Shown piece by piece: positions 15,472 to 25,440 of a stretch of 64,000 nucleotides of DNA. The notes beneath the pieces were generated by a model that did no database searches, was not told where the DNA came from, and worked only from the letters and a program-made list of their open reading frames with translations. The position numbers were made by a program, and so were the translations under genes. Numbering within the stretch: position 1 is the first letter of the stretch; the number at the start of each line of letters is the position of its first letter. This DNA comes from Patescibacteria group bacterium. GTDB taxonomy: Bacteria; Patescibacteriota; Patescibacteriia; Patescibacteriales; GWC2-42-12. Location of the stretch: NCBI GenBank assembly GCA_041653215.1, contig JBAZFW010000001.1:19202-83201 (forward strand), in the 5' to 3' direction.

Positions 15472-18226
15472 ATAACTCTCTCCCCTTTTCAACTTTTATA
15501 TTCGCCTCGCTATCTATAATAATCGTATCCCTTCTTTTTAAACCATCTGATAAAACTTTATTGGCAATTTGATTTTCAATTTTTTCCTGAATTAATCTTC
15601 TTAACGGTCTAGCGCCGAATTTCGGATCAAAACCTAAGGCAGCTAATTTTTTAATCCCCTGCTCGTCATATTTTAAACCAACACCTTTAATCTCTAAAAG
15701 ACGTTTAACTTTATCAAGCATTAATTTAGTAATGCTTTCAACTTCTTCTAAACCTAAAGGTTTAAATACCACTACGCCGTCAAAACGATTTATTAATTCT
15801 GGCTTTAGATATTTATTAAGCTGATCATTAATTAAAGATTGTTTAATTGAATCAAGCGAAGCGCCGGCCTGGATCTGATCTTGAATATAAACCGCGCCGA
15901 TATTTGAAGTAGCTATAATAATACAATTAGTAAAACTAACTGTTCTGCCCATACCATCAGTTAAACGGCCGTCATCCATCACCTGCAAAAATAAATTTAA
16001 TATATCTGGATGCGCTTTTTCTAATTCATCTAAAAGTATCAAAGAGAACGGCGCCTTACGCACGGCTTCGGTTAAATAACCTAAAACGCCATCAGGCGAA
16101 CCAATCATTTTTTCAACTGATTCTGGACGCTGATATTCGCTCATATCAATCCTTACCATATAATCTTCGTTGCCAAAATAAACTTCGGCCACGGTTTTCG
16201 CCAATTCGGTTTTACCGACTCCGGTCGGACCCAAGAATAAGAAACTGGCAATCGGACGCTTCTGCTCTCTTAATTCGGTTCGCGCTCTTCTTAAACTCGC
16301 CGCTACCATATCAACGGCTTCAGCCTGGCCAATCATGCGGTTATGTATTTTTTCTTCAAGATTAATTAAAGTCTCGCTTTCTTTTTCGGTAATTTTCGTT
16401 AAAGGAATTTTAGTTTTTTGACTAACGATTTCCGCCACATCCTCAACGTCAACCATGCTATTAATACCCTTATCTTTAGAGACTTTAACGGCGATGGCTT
16501 CTAAAATATCAACCGCTTTAGCCGGCAAAGATTTATCATAAATATATTTAGCTGATAACTCTACGGCTTTAGCAATGCTGGCGTAAGTAAAATAAACTTG
16601 AAATTTAGCTTCGTAAAAACCAATTTTACTTTCAATCATTTGGATGGCTAAATTATTATCCGGTTCTTCTACTTCCACTTTATCCATAATACCCCCTAAT
16701 GGTTTATTTTCAATATATTTCGCATAATTTTCCTGAGTTACGTTAGCTAAACAAATAATATTATGACGTTCGATAGCGCTAACTAACACATCTGACAATT
16801 CTAAACTTTCTTCGCCGCCGGAAGTGATACCCATTAAAGTTTCAATATTATTAATATATAAAATAATATTACCAGCGCGAGCTACTTCATCAATTATAAC
16901 TAACAGCCTTTCTTCGGCTTTAGCCGCCGAGGTTCCGCTTAAAAGGCGCGAAATATCTAATTCTAAAAGACGTTTATCTTTTAGCATAGCCGGCACGTCT
17001 TCCTCTACCATCGCCCTAGCGATTTGCCCAATTATAATATTTTTACCAACGCCTAGATTGCCGCAAAGCAATACTCCGTTCTTACCGCTTTCTAAAATCT
17101 GAAAAATATTTTTAATTTCAGCTTCGCGTCCAACGCATAATTCTAAGCGCCCCCATTTAGCTGCCAAAGTTAAATCATAGGCGAAATGATTTAAAATCGG
17201 CGTAGCCACGGCCGTATAAGCTCGATCCATGGCATTACCAGGTTTAAAACGCGAGGCCTTGCGGTATAATTTATAATTTTCCATCAAACGCTCGCTAATA
17301 ATAAACCATTGAATTACGTTATTTATTTTGTCATGGTCAATTTCTAAATCATAGAGCAACTCGCTTAAATTTTTATCCCTAGCCAAAATCGGTAGAATAA
17401 AATGAATTGGTTCTACTTTTTTCTGCCCAGAGTTTAGAGCGCTTATATAACTTTCAAAAAAAATCTCTTTAATTTCCGAGGATATTTCCGTCGGTTCATT
17501 TACTACCTCTAGAGCTAATAATTGATTTTTTAATTTAGAAATTAATTTAGCCGAATCAATATTTAAACGGGAAAAAATCGCGGCCGCTCCCCTATCTTTA
17601 AGCAAATTAAAAAATAAATGAATCGGTCTAACCCGGCCATGCTTAGCGTAATTAGCTAAATTAAAAGCTTGCTCAATCGTATTAAGCGCTTGCTGACTAA
17701 AACCGCTAGAAACTTCTATCTTATATTTACTTCTTATTTTATTAAACTCTGACCAATTATTCGGAGAGTTATATTTATCTGCTTGATCATATTTGATTTT
17801 TTTTATTTTATGCTTGGCTGCCTCTTCTTCGCTTAAACGATAAATTACAAACATATCAGCGAATAAACTAAGCCAAAAAATTAAAATCAACGGACTTTTA
17901 GAGCGCCAAAAAGAAAATGCGGCTAAAGCCTGAGTATTTTGACTGACTACTACAACCCAGTACGTTAAAGCCGCTAACCCGGTTAGCCCGATAATTAGAG
18001 CGGCAAAATTTAAAACTAAATTTAAGCCTTTTTTTAAATGCCTTAATTTTATAGCCGGAATACTAAAAAGCAAATTCCAATAAAAAAATCTACCCTCGTA
18101 AATCGCTATAACTCCGGCGCCAGAACAATTTCTGCAAACTGAACCAGCGGCAGTTTTACCTGTGCCGCTACAAGCCGGGCAAGTTATGAATTGGATATTT
18201 AATTTTTTGCTAGACTCTTCTGGCAT
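15470..18226 (-). CDS. ClpB/ClpC-family AAA+ protein with an N-terminal DnaJ-type zinc finger, two TM helices and a degenerate first ATPase domain
   Basis: 'CPACSGTGKTAAGSVCRNCSGAGV'; TMs 'LVLNFAALIIGLTGLAALTYWVVVV' and 'LILIFWLSLFADMFVIY'; Clp_N-like repeats. D1 has 'GNLGVGKN' and 'ILYINNIE' (Walker B DE changed to NN). D2 is intact: 'GPTGVGKTELAK', 'ILLDELEKAH'. Confidence 0.85.
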   Translation of the reverse strand: MPEESSKKLNIQFITCPACSGTGKTAAGSVCRNCSGAGVIAIYEGRFFYWNLLFSIPAIKLRHLKKGLNLVLNFAALIIGLTGLAALTYWVVVVSQNTQALAAFSFWRSKSPLILIFWLSLFADMFVIYRLSEEEAAKHKIKKIKYDQADKYNSPNNWSEFNKIRSKYKIEVSSGFSQQALNTIEQAFNLANYAKHGRVRPIHLFFNLLKDRGAAAIFSRLNIDSAKLISKLKNQLLALEVVNEPTEISSEIKEIFFESYISALNSGQKKVEPIHFILPILARDKNLSELLYDLEIDHDKINNVIQWFIISERLMENYKLYRKASRFKPGNAMDRAYTAVATPILNHFAYDLTLAAKWGRLELCVGREAEIKNIFQILESGKNGVLLCGNLGVGKNIIIGQIARAMVEEDVPAMLKDKRLLELDISRLLSGTSAAKAEERLLVIIDEVARAGNIILYINNIETLMGITSGGEESLELSDVLVSAIERHNIICLANVTQENYAKYIENKPLGGIMDKVEVEEPDNNLAIQMIESKIGFYEAKFQVYFTYASIAKAVELSAKYIYDKSLPAKAVDILEAIAVKVSKDKGINSMVDVEDVAEIVSQKTKIPLTKITEKESETLINLEEKIHNRMIGQAEAVDMVAASLRRARTELREQKRPIASFLFLGPTGVGKTELAKTVAEVYFGNEDYMVRIDMSEYQRPESVEKMIGSPDGVLGYLTEAVRKAPFSLILLDELEKAHPDILNLFLQVMDDGRLTDGMGRTVSFTNCIIIATSNIGAVYIQDQIQAGASLDSIKQSLINDQLNKYLKPELINRFDGVVVFKPLGLEEVESITKLMLDKVKRLLEIKGVGLKYDEQGIKKLAALGFDPKFGARPLRRLIQEKIENQIANKVLSDGLKRRDTIIIDSEANIKVEKGREL

Positions 18227-18238
18227 GAAAATAATGGT

Positions 18239-18604
18239 TTATAAAAATTGAAAAATAATTTCATAAATAACAAACGGCGGCAACAAAATCCAAAAAGCAA
18301 TAACGACTAGAGAAAGAATTAACCAAAACAGCATAATAAAACTTCTAATAATAATCTGCACTAAACGTATAAAAAAACTAATTAAGATACCGGCAAAATC
18401 GTATTGCGCGTACATTGGGCGAAAAATATTTTTTATCCAAACTAAAAGCGCTAGGGCTTTCTGCTTATCGTTTAAAAAATGAATTACGCCGACAATTAAA
18501 TTAATTAATCCTCGGCCATACCACCAAATTGGGAAATATAAAACATCTCGAATAAGTTCGGCTATTATTTGGATACTATAAAAAATAAAACTGTTTGAGT
18601 TCAT
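18239..18604 (-). CDS. small polytopic membrane protein, hypothetical; probably co-transcribed with the ClpC-like gene
   Basis: Start moved to ATG 18604 (MNSNSFIFYS...). The longer track ORF runs through the secE promoter. 12-nt gap to the next gene. Confidence 0.5.
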   Translation of the reverse strand: MNSNSFIFYSIQIIAELIRDVLYFPIWWYGRGLINLIVGVIHFLNDKQKALALLVWIKNIFRPMYAQYDFAGILISFFIRLVQIIIRSFIMLFWLILSLVVIAFWILLPPFVIYEIIFQFL

Positions 18605-18740
18605 AATTTTAAAATTATTTATATTATACCATATTATACTTAATTCTACCAAGCGCTTGACAGTCATTATGGCATTGTGTAATATATAAATATTAATAAA
18701 TACCGCCCGCCAGGGCTGTTTTTTAAAACTTTTAATAAAT

Positions 18741-18929
18741 ATGGGAAAAATCATTAATTACATTAAGGCCTCAATTGAGGAAATGAAAAAAGTTACTTGG
18801 CCGACTAAAAAAGAAACTTATAATTACACTTTACTGGTAATTTTTATCAGTTTAGGCGTAGCTTTATTTTTAGGACTCTTAGACCTAATTTTTACTAAAG
18901 GTTTAGAATATTTAATTATCAATAAATAA
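18741..18929 (+). CDS. secE: preprotein translocase subunit SecE
   Basis: 62 aa; 'EMKKVTWPTKKET' plus a single TM; secE-nusG-rplK-rplA synteny; TTGACA-17-TAATAT promoter at ~18657-18690. Confidence 0.85.
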   Translation: MGKIINYIKASIEEMKKVTWPTKKETYNYTLLVIFISLGVALFLGLLDLIFTKGLEYLIINK

Positions 18930-18939
18930 TTATCCTCAT

Positions 18940-19485
18940 ATGGCTAAACAAACATTAAATCAAGGCCGCCGCTGGTATGTTCTGCATACCTATTCTGGCT
19001 ACGAAGAAAATGTATCGCAAAATTTAAAACAAAGAATTGAATCCATGGACATGGAGGACAAAATTTATAATATTTTAATTCCTACGGAAAAAAAGATTAA
19101 AATTAAAAACGGTAAAAGAAAAATTGTTGAAGAAAAAATATTTCCTGGCTATGTTTTAGTGGAAATGATTGTTAATGATGATTCTTGGTATGTAGTTAGA
19201 AATACGCCGAACGTTACCGGCTTTATCGGCACGGGCACTATTCCGACTCCGATCTCGGAACATGAAATAAAAGATCTGCAAAAACGTATGGGCGTTGAAG
19301 AACCTAAATTCAAAATTGATGTTTCAGTTAATTCGCCGGTACGCATTATTGACGGACCATTTAAAAATTTAGAAGGTAAAGTAGCCGATATTGATGAGGC
19401 TAAAGGAAAAATTAAAGTTGTGGTTTCAATGTTCGGCAGAGAAACTCCGGTTGAATTAGATTTTTTACAAATTAAAAAAATATAA
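18940..19485 (+). CDS. nusG: transcription termination/antitermination factor NusG
   Basis: 'RWYVLHTYSGYE', 'FPGYVLVEM', KOW 'GPFKNLEGKVADID'. Confidence 0.95.
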   Translation: MAKQTLNQGRRWYVLHTYSGYEENVSQNLKQRIESMDMEDKIYNILIPTEKKIKIKNGKRKIVEEKIFPGYVLVEMIVNDDSWYVVRNTPNVTGFIGTGTIPTPISEHEIKDLQKRMGVEEPKFKIDVSVNSPVRIIDGPFKNLEGKVADIDEAKGKIKVVVSMFGRETPVELDFLQIKKI

Positions 19486-19599
19486 CAATAAGTTAAAAGT
19501 AGAAAGTTATAAAGTTATAAAGTAAAATTTACTTTATAAAAGCTTCTCTTTCATATAACTTTCAACTTTAAAAACTTTATAACTTTTAACTAACATAAT

Positions 19600-20022
19600 A
19601 TGGCTAAAAAAATATTGACTAAAATTAAATTGCAGATTCCAGCCGGTCAAGCCAATCCTGCGCCTCCAGTAGGCCCAGCCTTAGGTCAACACGGTTTGAA
19701 TATTGCGCAATTTTGTAAAGATTTTAATGATAGAACAAAAGATAAAATGGGAGATATTACACCGGTTGAAATTACGGTTTTCGAAGATAGAAGTTATACT
19801 TTTATTTTAAAAACCCCTCCGGCTTCTGAATTAATTAAAAAATTCGCTAAAATCCCAAAGGGTTCGGGCAAACCTTTGTCAGAAAAAGTTGGCTCAATCA
19901 CTAAAGCTCAACTTAAAGAAATCGCCGAAATTAAAATGCCTGATCTTAACGCTAACGACGTTGAAGCGGCAATGAAAATTATTGCTGGCACCGCTAGACA
20001 AATGGGAGTAGAAATTAAATAA
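19600..20022 (+). CDS. rplK: 50S ribosomal protein L11
   Basis: '[27 protein letters not shown]'. Confidence 0.97.
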   Translation: MAKKILTKIKLQIPAGQANPAPPVGPALGQHGLNIAQFCKDFNDRTKDKMGDITPVEITVFEDRSYTFILKTPPASELIKKFAKIPKGSGKPLSEKVGSITKAQLKEIAEIKMPDLNANDVEAAMKIIAGTARQMGVEIK

Positions 20023-20077
20023 TTAAATAATTTGTGGGAGCTTTGATTTATATCAAGGCGCTCGCACCACGAAACTT

Positions 20078-20758
20078 ATGGCTAAAGAAAAAAAACAGAA
20101 AAATCCAACGGTTGAATACGACGCTAATAAAGCTTATTCAATTACGGAAGCTGTTGAATTGACAAAAAAATTATCTAAAACAAAATTTGACGCTTCGATC
20201 GAAGTCCATTTTCGCCTAGGTATTGATACTAAAAAAGGTGAACAGCAAGTAAGACTAGCCGTTTCCTTACCAAATGGTACAGGCAAAACCGTTAAAGTGG
20301 CGGCTTTCGTCACTCCTGATAAAGAAGCGGAAACTCGCAAGGCCGGCGCTGATTATGTGGGCGGCGAAGATTTAATAAATGAAATTAAAAAAACTGAAAA
20401 AACCGATTTTCAAGTAGCCGTAGCCGAACCAGCCATGATGAAAAATTTAGCTTCAATCGCTAAAATTTTAGGAACACGCGGACTTATGCCTTCCCCTAAA
20501 AATGAAACCGTTACTCCTAATCCGGCTAAAGCTGTCGCGGAATTAAAAAAGGGAAAAGTAAGCTTGAAGAATGATGATACTGGTAATGTGCATGTAGCGA
20601 TTGGTAAAGCCTCTTTTGAAACTAATAAATTAGTGCAAAATTTTGAAGCGTTACTTGAAGCAATCAGAAAAGCTAAACCGGCGACTTCAAAAGGCATTTA
20701 CATTAAAAAGGTTTACGTAAGTTCAACCATGGGTCCTGGTCTAAAAATAGCCTTGTAA
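20078..20758 (+). CDS. rplA: 50S ribosomal protein L1
   Basis: 'FDASIEVHFRLGIDTKK', 'VAVAEPAMM', 'LGTRGLMPSPK'. Confidence 0.97.
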   Translation: MAKEKKQKNPTVEYDANKAYSITEAVELTKKLSKTKFDASIEVHFRLGIDTKKGEQQVRLAVSLPNGTGKTVKVAAFVTPDKEAETRKAGADYVGGEDLINEIKKTEKTDFQVAVAEPAMMKNLASIAKILGTRGLMPSPKNETVTPNPAKAVAELKKGKVSLKNDDTGNVHVAIGKASFETNKLVQNFEALLEAIRKAKPATSKGIYIKKVYVSSTMGPGLKIAL

Positions 20759-20775
20759 AAATCTTACATAATAAA

Positions 20776-20803
20776 ACACTCCGCGATTTGCGGAGTGTTT
20801 TTT
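20776..20803 (+). terminator. intrinsic terminator after rplA
   Basis: acactccgc gattt gcggagtgt followed by a T-run. Confidence 0.8.
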
Positions 20804-20864
20804 ATTTATTGCTTTTTCCATTATTTTCTGCTAAATTTACTCTATTAATTCTTAACTTAAAATT

Positions 20865-21635
20865 ATGCTCACACTCTATTACGTTTTGCTCTTCGTCTTC
20901 GTTTTCATTATTTTACCTGGCTTTAAAGTGGTTCAGCAATATGAAAAGGGCGTAGTATTTTTCTTGGGTAAAATCATTTCTGTAAAAGAACCTGGTTTAA
21001 ATTGGATTGTCCCCTATTTTCAATGGATGCGCAAAGTTGATTTTAGAACTATGACTATGCCAATTCCACCGCAAAAAATTATTACCAAAGACAACGTCTC
21101 GGTAGATATCTCGGCCGTGGCCTATTTTAAAGTCGTAGATGCGATTAAAAGCATTGTCGCTATTGAAAATGTTAGACAGGCGATTGATCAAATCGCGCAA
21201 ACCACGGTTAGAAATATCGTCGGTCGTTTTCAACTAGACGAAGTCTTATCCGAGCGCGACGCTATTAATAAAGAAATTGGCACGGTTTTAGATAGTCATA
21301 CTGAACCTTGGGGCGTGGTCGTTTCTCTAGTAGAAATAAAAGATATTGAATTGCCGGAAAATATGCAGCGCGCCATGGCGAAACAAGCCGAAGCCGAAAG
21401 AGAAAAACGTTCAAAAATTATTGCAGCTGAAGGCGAACTTTTAGCCTCAGAAAAATTAGGTCAAGCCGCGGACGTTATGGCCTTACATCCGATTGCTCTA
21501 CAATTAAGAAATTTACAGACTCTAGCTGAAATCAGTATTGAAAAAAATTCTACTATAATTTTCCCGGCCCAGATGATGAGCGCGGTTGAAGACATAAAAA
21601 AGTTTATTAACAAAGAACAGTCGACAAAAAGTTAA
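20865..21635 (+). CDS. SPFH/band-7 (stomatin-like) membrane protein
   Basis: N-terminal TM; '[15 protein letters not shown]', '[19 protein letters not shown]', '[17 protein letters not shown]'. Confidence 0.9.
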   Translation: MLTLYYVLLFVFVFIILPGFKVVQQYEKGVVFFLGKIISVKEPGLNWIVPYFQWMRKVDFRTMTMPIPPQKIITKDNVSVDISAVAYFKVVDAIKSIVAIENVRQAIDQIAQTTVRNIVGRFQLDEVLSERDAINKEIGTVLDSHTEPWGVVVSLVEIKDIELPENMQRAMAKQAEAEREKRSKIIAAEGELLASEKLGQAADVMALHPIALQLRNLQTLAEISIEKNSTIIFPAQMMSAVEDIKKFINKEQSTKS

Positions 21636-21652
21636 CATATAAAAGACAAAAA

Positions 21653-21680
21653 ATACCCCGTAAATACGGGGTATTTTTTT
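21653..21680 (+). terminator. intrinsic terminator
   Basis: ataccccgta aa tacggggtat followed by T7. Confidence 0.8.
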
Positions 21681-21772
21681 ATTTGCCCTATTCTATTTGA
21701 TTTGATAAAATATAATAACCTATTAATAATTTAAACATACAATAGACTGATTTTTATTAACAATTTTATTTT

Positions 21773-22309
21773 ATGGCAAAACTAAAAGAACCAAAAACTT
21801 CCCGTTTAAACTGGGATGAATTGTTTATGAACATGGCGATTCTTGCTTCAAAACGTACCGCTTGCCGTTATGTTGAAGCCGGAGCTGTATATGTCGACAA
21901 AAATAACCGCGTCATTTCTATCGGCTATAATGGACCGACTGAAGGCGATTATCATTGCATTGATGTTGGTTGCGCTAAAGTTGACGGCGACCCGCAAACC
22001 AAAGAATTAAAACGCTGCCGCGGCGCCCATGCCGAAATGAATGGTATCGGCAATGCTGTTGATACAACTCGTTTAAGAGGCGCCACGCTTTATTCTGCGA
22101 CCTTCCCCTGCTACGACTGCATGAAATCATTAAATAACGCCGGTATTAAAGAAATTATATATTTTGAAGAATACGAAAGAATAAAAGCCGGCGGTAAAGA
22201 AACTGAGAAAGAAAACGAAGCGCGAGAATTAGCCGACCGCCGAGGTATAAAAATTAGAAAATATGACGGTACAGTTTATTGCCAGGTTGATTTTAAAAAT
22301 CACGATTAA
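21773..22309 (+). CDS. comEB: dCMP deaminase (ComEB/CDA zinc deaminase fold)
   Basis: 'GAHAEMNGI' (HAE) and 'PCYDCMK' (PCxxC). Confidence 0.85.
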   Translation: MAKLKEPKTSRLNWDELFMNMAILASKRTACRYVEAGAVYVDKNNRVISIGYNGPTEGDYHCIDVGCAKVDGDPQTKELKRCRGAHAEMNGIGNAVDTTRLRGATLYSATFPCYDCMKSLNNAGIKEIIYFEEYERIKAGGKETEKENEARELADRRGIKIRKYDGTVYCQVDFKNHD

Positions 22310-22333
22310 TTTATAATTGCAAAATAATAAAAT

Positions 22334-22882
22334 ATGATAATTGGCATAAAAAAACTTCACGAATTAGTAAAAGAAATTAAGCTAGTCGAAAATCTTTGCG
22401 ATCGGGAAATGAACAACCCAGAAGGCGCAGGCTTTGATTTGCGCTTAGGAGAAATTTATGAACTTTCTGGCGATGGCTTTTTGGGCGTTGAAGAACGCGA
22501 TACGCCAAAAATAAACTTAATCGCAAAAAACCAACCGGAAAAGGGCGAAACGGAAAACTTTTTTATCTTTGAACCTGGAAAATATTATTTAGTAAAAACC
22601 ATGGAAAAAGTTAATCTGCCGGTTACTTTATCGGGCATAATTTTTCCGCGCACTACTATGTTTCGTTCTGGGCTAGGATTATTTAATGGCATAGTCCAAC
22701 CGGGTTATTCAGGTGAGTTAACATTTGGCCTATACAATTTAGGAAAAAGTAATATTAAAATATCATTCGGCGCGCGCATTGTGCATATTACTTTTCATGA
22801 AGTTTTAGGTGAAGGTAATGAATACCGAGGCCAATGGCAAGGCGGCCGCGTAGCTACGGATGGGAAAGAAGTGCAAGTATAA
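22334..22882 (+). CDS. dcd: dCTP deaminase / dUTPase-superfamily protein
   Basis: 'GAGFDLRLGE', 'FPRTTMFRSGL', 'VQPGYSGELTFGLYN'. Confidence 0.7.
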   Translation: MIIGIKKLHELVKEIKLVENLCDREMNNPEGAGFDLRLGEIYELSGDGFLGVEERDTPKINLIAKNQPEKGETENFFIFEPGKYYLVKTMEKVNLPVTLSGIIFPRTTMFRSGLGLFNGIVQPGYSGELTFGLYNLGKSNIKISFGARIVHITFHEVLGEGNEYRGQWQGGRVATDGKEVQV

Positions 22883-22891
22883 ATAAATTTT

Positions 22892-23371
22892 ATGCAAACA
22901 GAAAAGCGTATTATAGTCTGTGGGATAATTCGTAACGGTAATAAAATATTGCTTGGTAAAAAAGCAAAGGGCGTTCCTCCCTACCCTGATGTCTGGCATA
23001 CTTTAGGCGGCGGCGCAGAAGATATTGAAAAAGCGGAACAGTTATTACTAAACAATGGATATAATAATCAATATTTTTTTGAAGAGTTGAGCCGCGAAAT
23101 GAAAGAAGAAGCTAATATAAAAATAAGTAATCCAAAAAATATTTGTCCAAAATACCGAGAAACCCCGCGCGAAGCTATTACAGAAAATAAATATGGCATA
23201 GCAACTAAGTATATTTTTTTAGAATATTTATGCGATTTAGATTTGAGCGGTGGAAACGGAAAACCTGGCGATGATATTGCGGAACTGCAATGGGTTAAAA
23301 AAGACGATCTTAAAAAAATACAACTTACACCGCCGAGCCAAGAGATGTACAAAGAATTAGGTTGGATATAA
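22892..23371 (+). CDS. NUDIX hydrolase
   Basis: Nudix-box-like 'GGGAE...ELSREMKEEANI' interrupted by an insertion. Confidence 0.55.
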   Translation: MQTEKRIIVCGIIRNGNKILLGKKAKGVPPYPDVWHTLGGGAEDIEKAEQLLLNNGYNNQYFFEELSREMKEEANIKISNPKNICPKYRETPREAITENKYGIATKYIFLEYLCDLDLSGGNGKPGDDIAELQWVKKDDLKKIQLTPPSQEMYKELGWI

Positions 23372-23410
23372 AAAAGAGGATGCTTATTAGCATCCTCGTC
23401 AAAATCGTTA

Positions 23411-23872
23411 TTAGAGACCTTTGATTGATCCCCAGATTATTTTTTCCTCCCTCATTGCGCTTGCGGCTGAATCAGAAGCATGCGCGCCATTTTTGGAGCC
23501 AGGGTCTGTTTCCTCCGGAGCAACCTTAATCCCATATTTACCCCGAACAGTTGTTTCGTCTAAATTTTTACGCGAATCAGTCGGGCCGGTAATTCTTCGA
23601 ACTTTTTCCACGGCATTGAATCCTTCTATGAGAAAAGCTACTGATTCACCTTCCGTTGACGTATCCATCAAATTTTCAAAGAAGAATTTGCCTTTATGCT
23701 CGGCGTAAAATTCTTCTGCCTTTTTCCTGGTAAAAGTAAAACGTAATTGTTTTATAATTCTTAAACCAGGATCTGCTGAATAATACGATGCGATGTCGGG
23801 TATTGCATCATTTCCATGTTCAATTATGACATGGGGTCTTACCAGAACAACCGATATCTGCTTTTTTTCCAA
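23411..23872 (-). CDS. ndk: nucleoside diphosphate kinase (TTG start; higher GC, SD-bearing)
   Basis: 'KAEEFYAEHKGKFFFENL', 'VRGKYG', 'NGAHASDSAASAMREEKI'. Start set to TTG 23872, preceded by GGAGGTG; the track ORF (to 23959) would overlap the thyA start. Confidence 0.8.
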   Translation of the reverse strand: MEKKQISVVLVRPHVIIEHGNDAIPDIASYYSADPGLRIIKQLRFTFTRKKAEEFYAEHKGKFFFENLMDTSTEGESVAFLIEGFNAVEKVRRITGPTDSRKNLDETTVRGKYGIKVAPEETDPGSKNGAHASDSAASAMREEKIIWGSIKGL

Positions 23873-23952
23873 ACTGTTCACCTCCGTAAAATGTATTTTC
23901 AAAATTAAAAAGTGCTTTTTTATTAATAACATCTTAACTATAATAAAAGAAT

Positions 23953-24957
23953 ATGTCAAACCAAAATCATCCTGAATATCAATATCTAAATCTGCTTCAA
24001 GATATTTTAGATAATGGCTCGGATAAAAAATTATTCTTTACCCCCGAAGTGCTGCAGCAATATGCGGACAAAGGCGAAGAGCCGCCTTATATAAGGTCGG
24101 TTTTCGGCCGTCAAATCCGCTTTGATTTATCTAAAGGCTTCCCGGTATTAACCACCAAAAAAGTTTTTACTCGAGGCATTATTGAAGAATTAATTTGGTT
24201 TCTATCCGGCAGTTCAAATATTAAATATTTAGCCGATCGCGATGTTCATATCTGGAATGAATGGGCCTGGAAAAGGTACCATAAATATTGTTTAGCTAAT
24301 GCGCCGGCCGAAGATTTAACGCAAGCTGATTTTATAAAAAAAATAAAAGAATTGCCGGCCGATAATGAATTTGTTAAAACTTGGGGCGACTTAATTACTA
24401 TTTACGGACGCATGTGGCGCCGCTGGCCAGCATCAGACGGACGCGAGATAGACCAATTAGGTTGGTGCATCCAAGGTTTAAAAGATAAACCATTTAGAAA
24501 ATCTTATGTGGTTTCCGCTTGGAACCCTGATTTTATTTACGCCATGGCCTCTAAAGGTAACGCTAATGAAGTGCCGCCATTTTGCCATACTACTTTTCAA
24601 TTTCAAGCTACCGGCGATGGCGTTCTGAATTTAGGTTTATACCAAAGAAGCGCTGATTCATTTTTGGGCGTACCATTTAATATTACTAGCTATGCCCTGC
24701 TGCTTTTAATGGTGGCGCAAGTTACCGGCTTAAAGCCTGGCGAATTTGTCCATACTTTTGGCGACGTGCATCTTTATTCAAATCATTTTGAACAAGCTAA
24801 ATTACAACTATCGCGAGAACCCAAGCCTTTCCCGACTATAAAATTAAATCCGGATATAAAAAATATAGACGATTTTAAATATGAAGACATAACCATAGAA
24901 GGTTATGATCCGCACCCGGCCATTAAAGCCGAGATCGCTAACATCGGGGGGTTTTAA
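23953..24957 (+). CDS. thyA: thymidylate synthase ThyA (long form with insertions)
   Basis: 'PFCHTTFQF' catalytic Cys; 'YQRSADSFLGVPFNITSYALL' (Asn retained, implying dUMP specificity); 'GDVHLYSNH'. Confidence 0.92.
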   Translation: MSNQNHPEYQYLNLLQDILDNGSDKKLFFTPEVLQQYADKGEEPPYIRSVFGRQIRFDLSKGFPVLTTKKVFTRGIIEELIWFLSGSSNIKYLADRDVHIWNEWAWKRYHKYCLANAPAEDLTQADFIKKIKELPADNEFVKTWGDLITIYGRMWRRWPASDGREIDQLGWCIQGLKDKPFRKSYVVSAWNPDFIYAMASKGNANEVPPFCHTTFQFQATGDGVLNLGLYQRSADSFLGVPFNITSYALLLLMVAQVTGLKPGEFVHTFGDVHLYSNHFEQAKLQLSREPKPFPTIKLNPDIKNIDDFKYEDITIEGYDPHPAIKAEIANIGGF

Positions 24958-24958
24958 T

Positions 24959-25438
24959 ATGATTTCAATTATTTGTATTATTGCTAAAAATCGCGCCATT
25001 GGTTTTCAAAATCAATTGCTTTATGATATTCCAGAAGATATGAAACATTTTAAGGAAATTACTACCGGTCATGTTGTTATTATGGGAGAAAAAACTTTTC
25101 GCTCCATGAATAATAGACCGCTGCCTAATCGCGTTAATATTATTTTAACCTTAGATAAAGACTTTAAAGCTGAAAATTGCCTAGTCGCCAACTCTATCGA
25201 AGAATCAATTGAACTGGCTAAAACGCAAAATAAAGGCGAAATATTTTTTATCGGTGGTGGTATGATTTATAAACAGGCCTTGCCTTACGCAGATAAATTA
25301 TATTTAACTATCGTTGAAGATGAGCCAACTCAAGCCGATACTTTTTTCCCTGAATATCCTGAATTTAAAAACATTATAAAACAAGAAAACAAAGAATCGA
25401 GCGGCTATAAATATAGTTTTGTAGAAATAACTAAATAA
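24959..25438 (+). CDS. folA: dihydrofolate reductase
   Basis: 'ISIICIIAKNRAIGFQNQLLYDIPEDMKHFKEITTGHVVIMGEKTF', 'IFFIGGGMIYKQ'. Start at ATG 24959, just after the thyA stop. Confidence 0.9.
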   Translation: MISIICIIAKNRAIGFQNQLLYDIPEDMKHFKEITTGHVVIMGEKTFRSMNNRPLPNRVNIILTLDKDFKAENCLVANSIEESIELAKTQNKGEIFFIGGGMIYKQALPYADKLYLTIVEDEPTQADTFFPEYPEFKNIIKQENKESSGYKYSFVEITK

Positions 25439-25440
25439 CT

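Noticed and set aside
19486-19599. Repeated ATAAAGTT/AACTTTAT words and the palindrome ataaagtaaa|tttactttat between nusG and rplK, considered as a structured L11 leader.
   Set aside because: The sequence is of very low complexity (nearly all A/T), so such self-complementarity is expected by chance. I cannot distinguish it from an ordinary AT-rich spacer or terminator.
23953-24957. That the long (334-aa) ThyA homologue might be a phage-type dCMP/dUMP hydroxymethylase for DNA hypermodification.
   Set aside because: It retains the Asn in 'VPFNITSYALL' that specifies dUMP and is followed directly by folA, as expected for a DHF-producing thymidylate synthase. The extra length fits the known long-form insertions.
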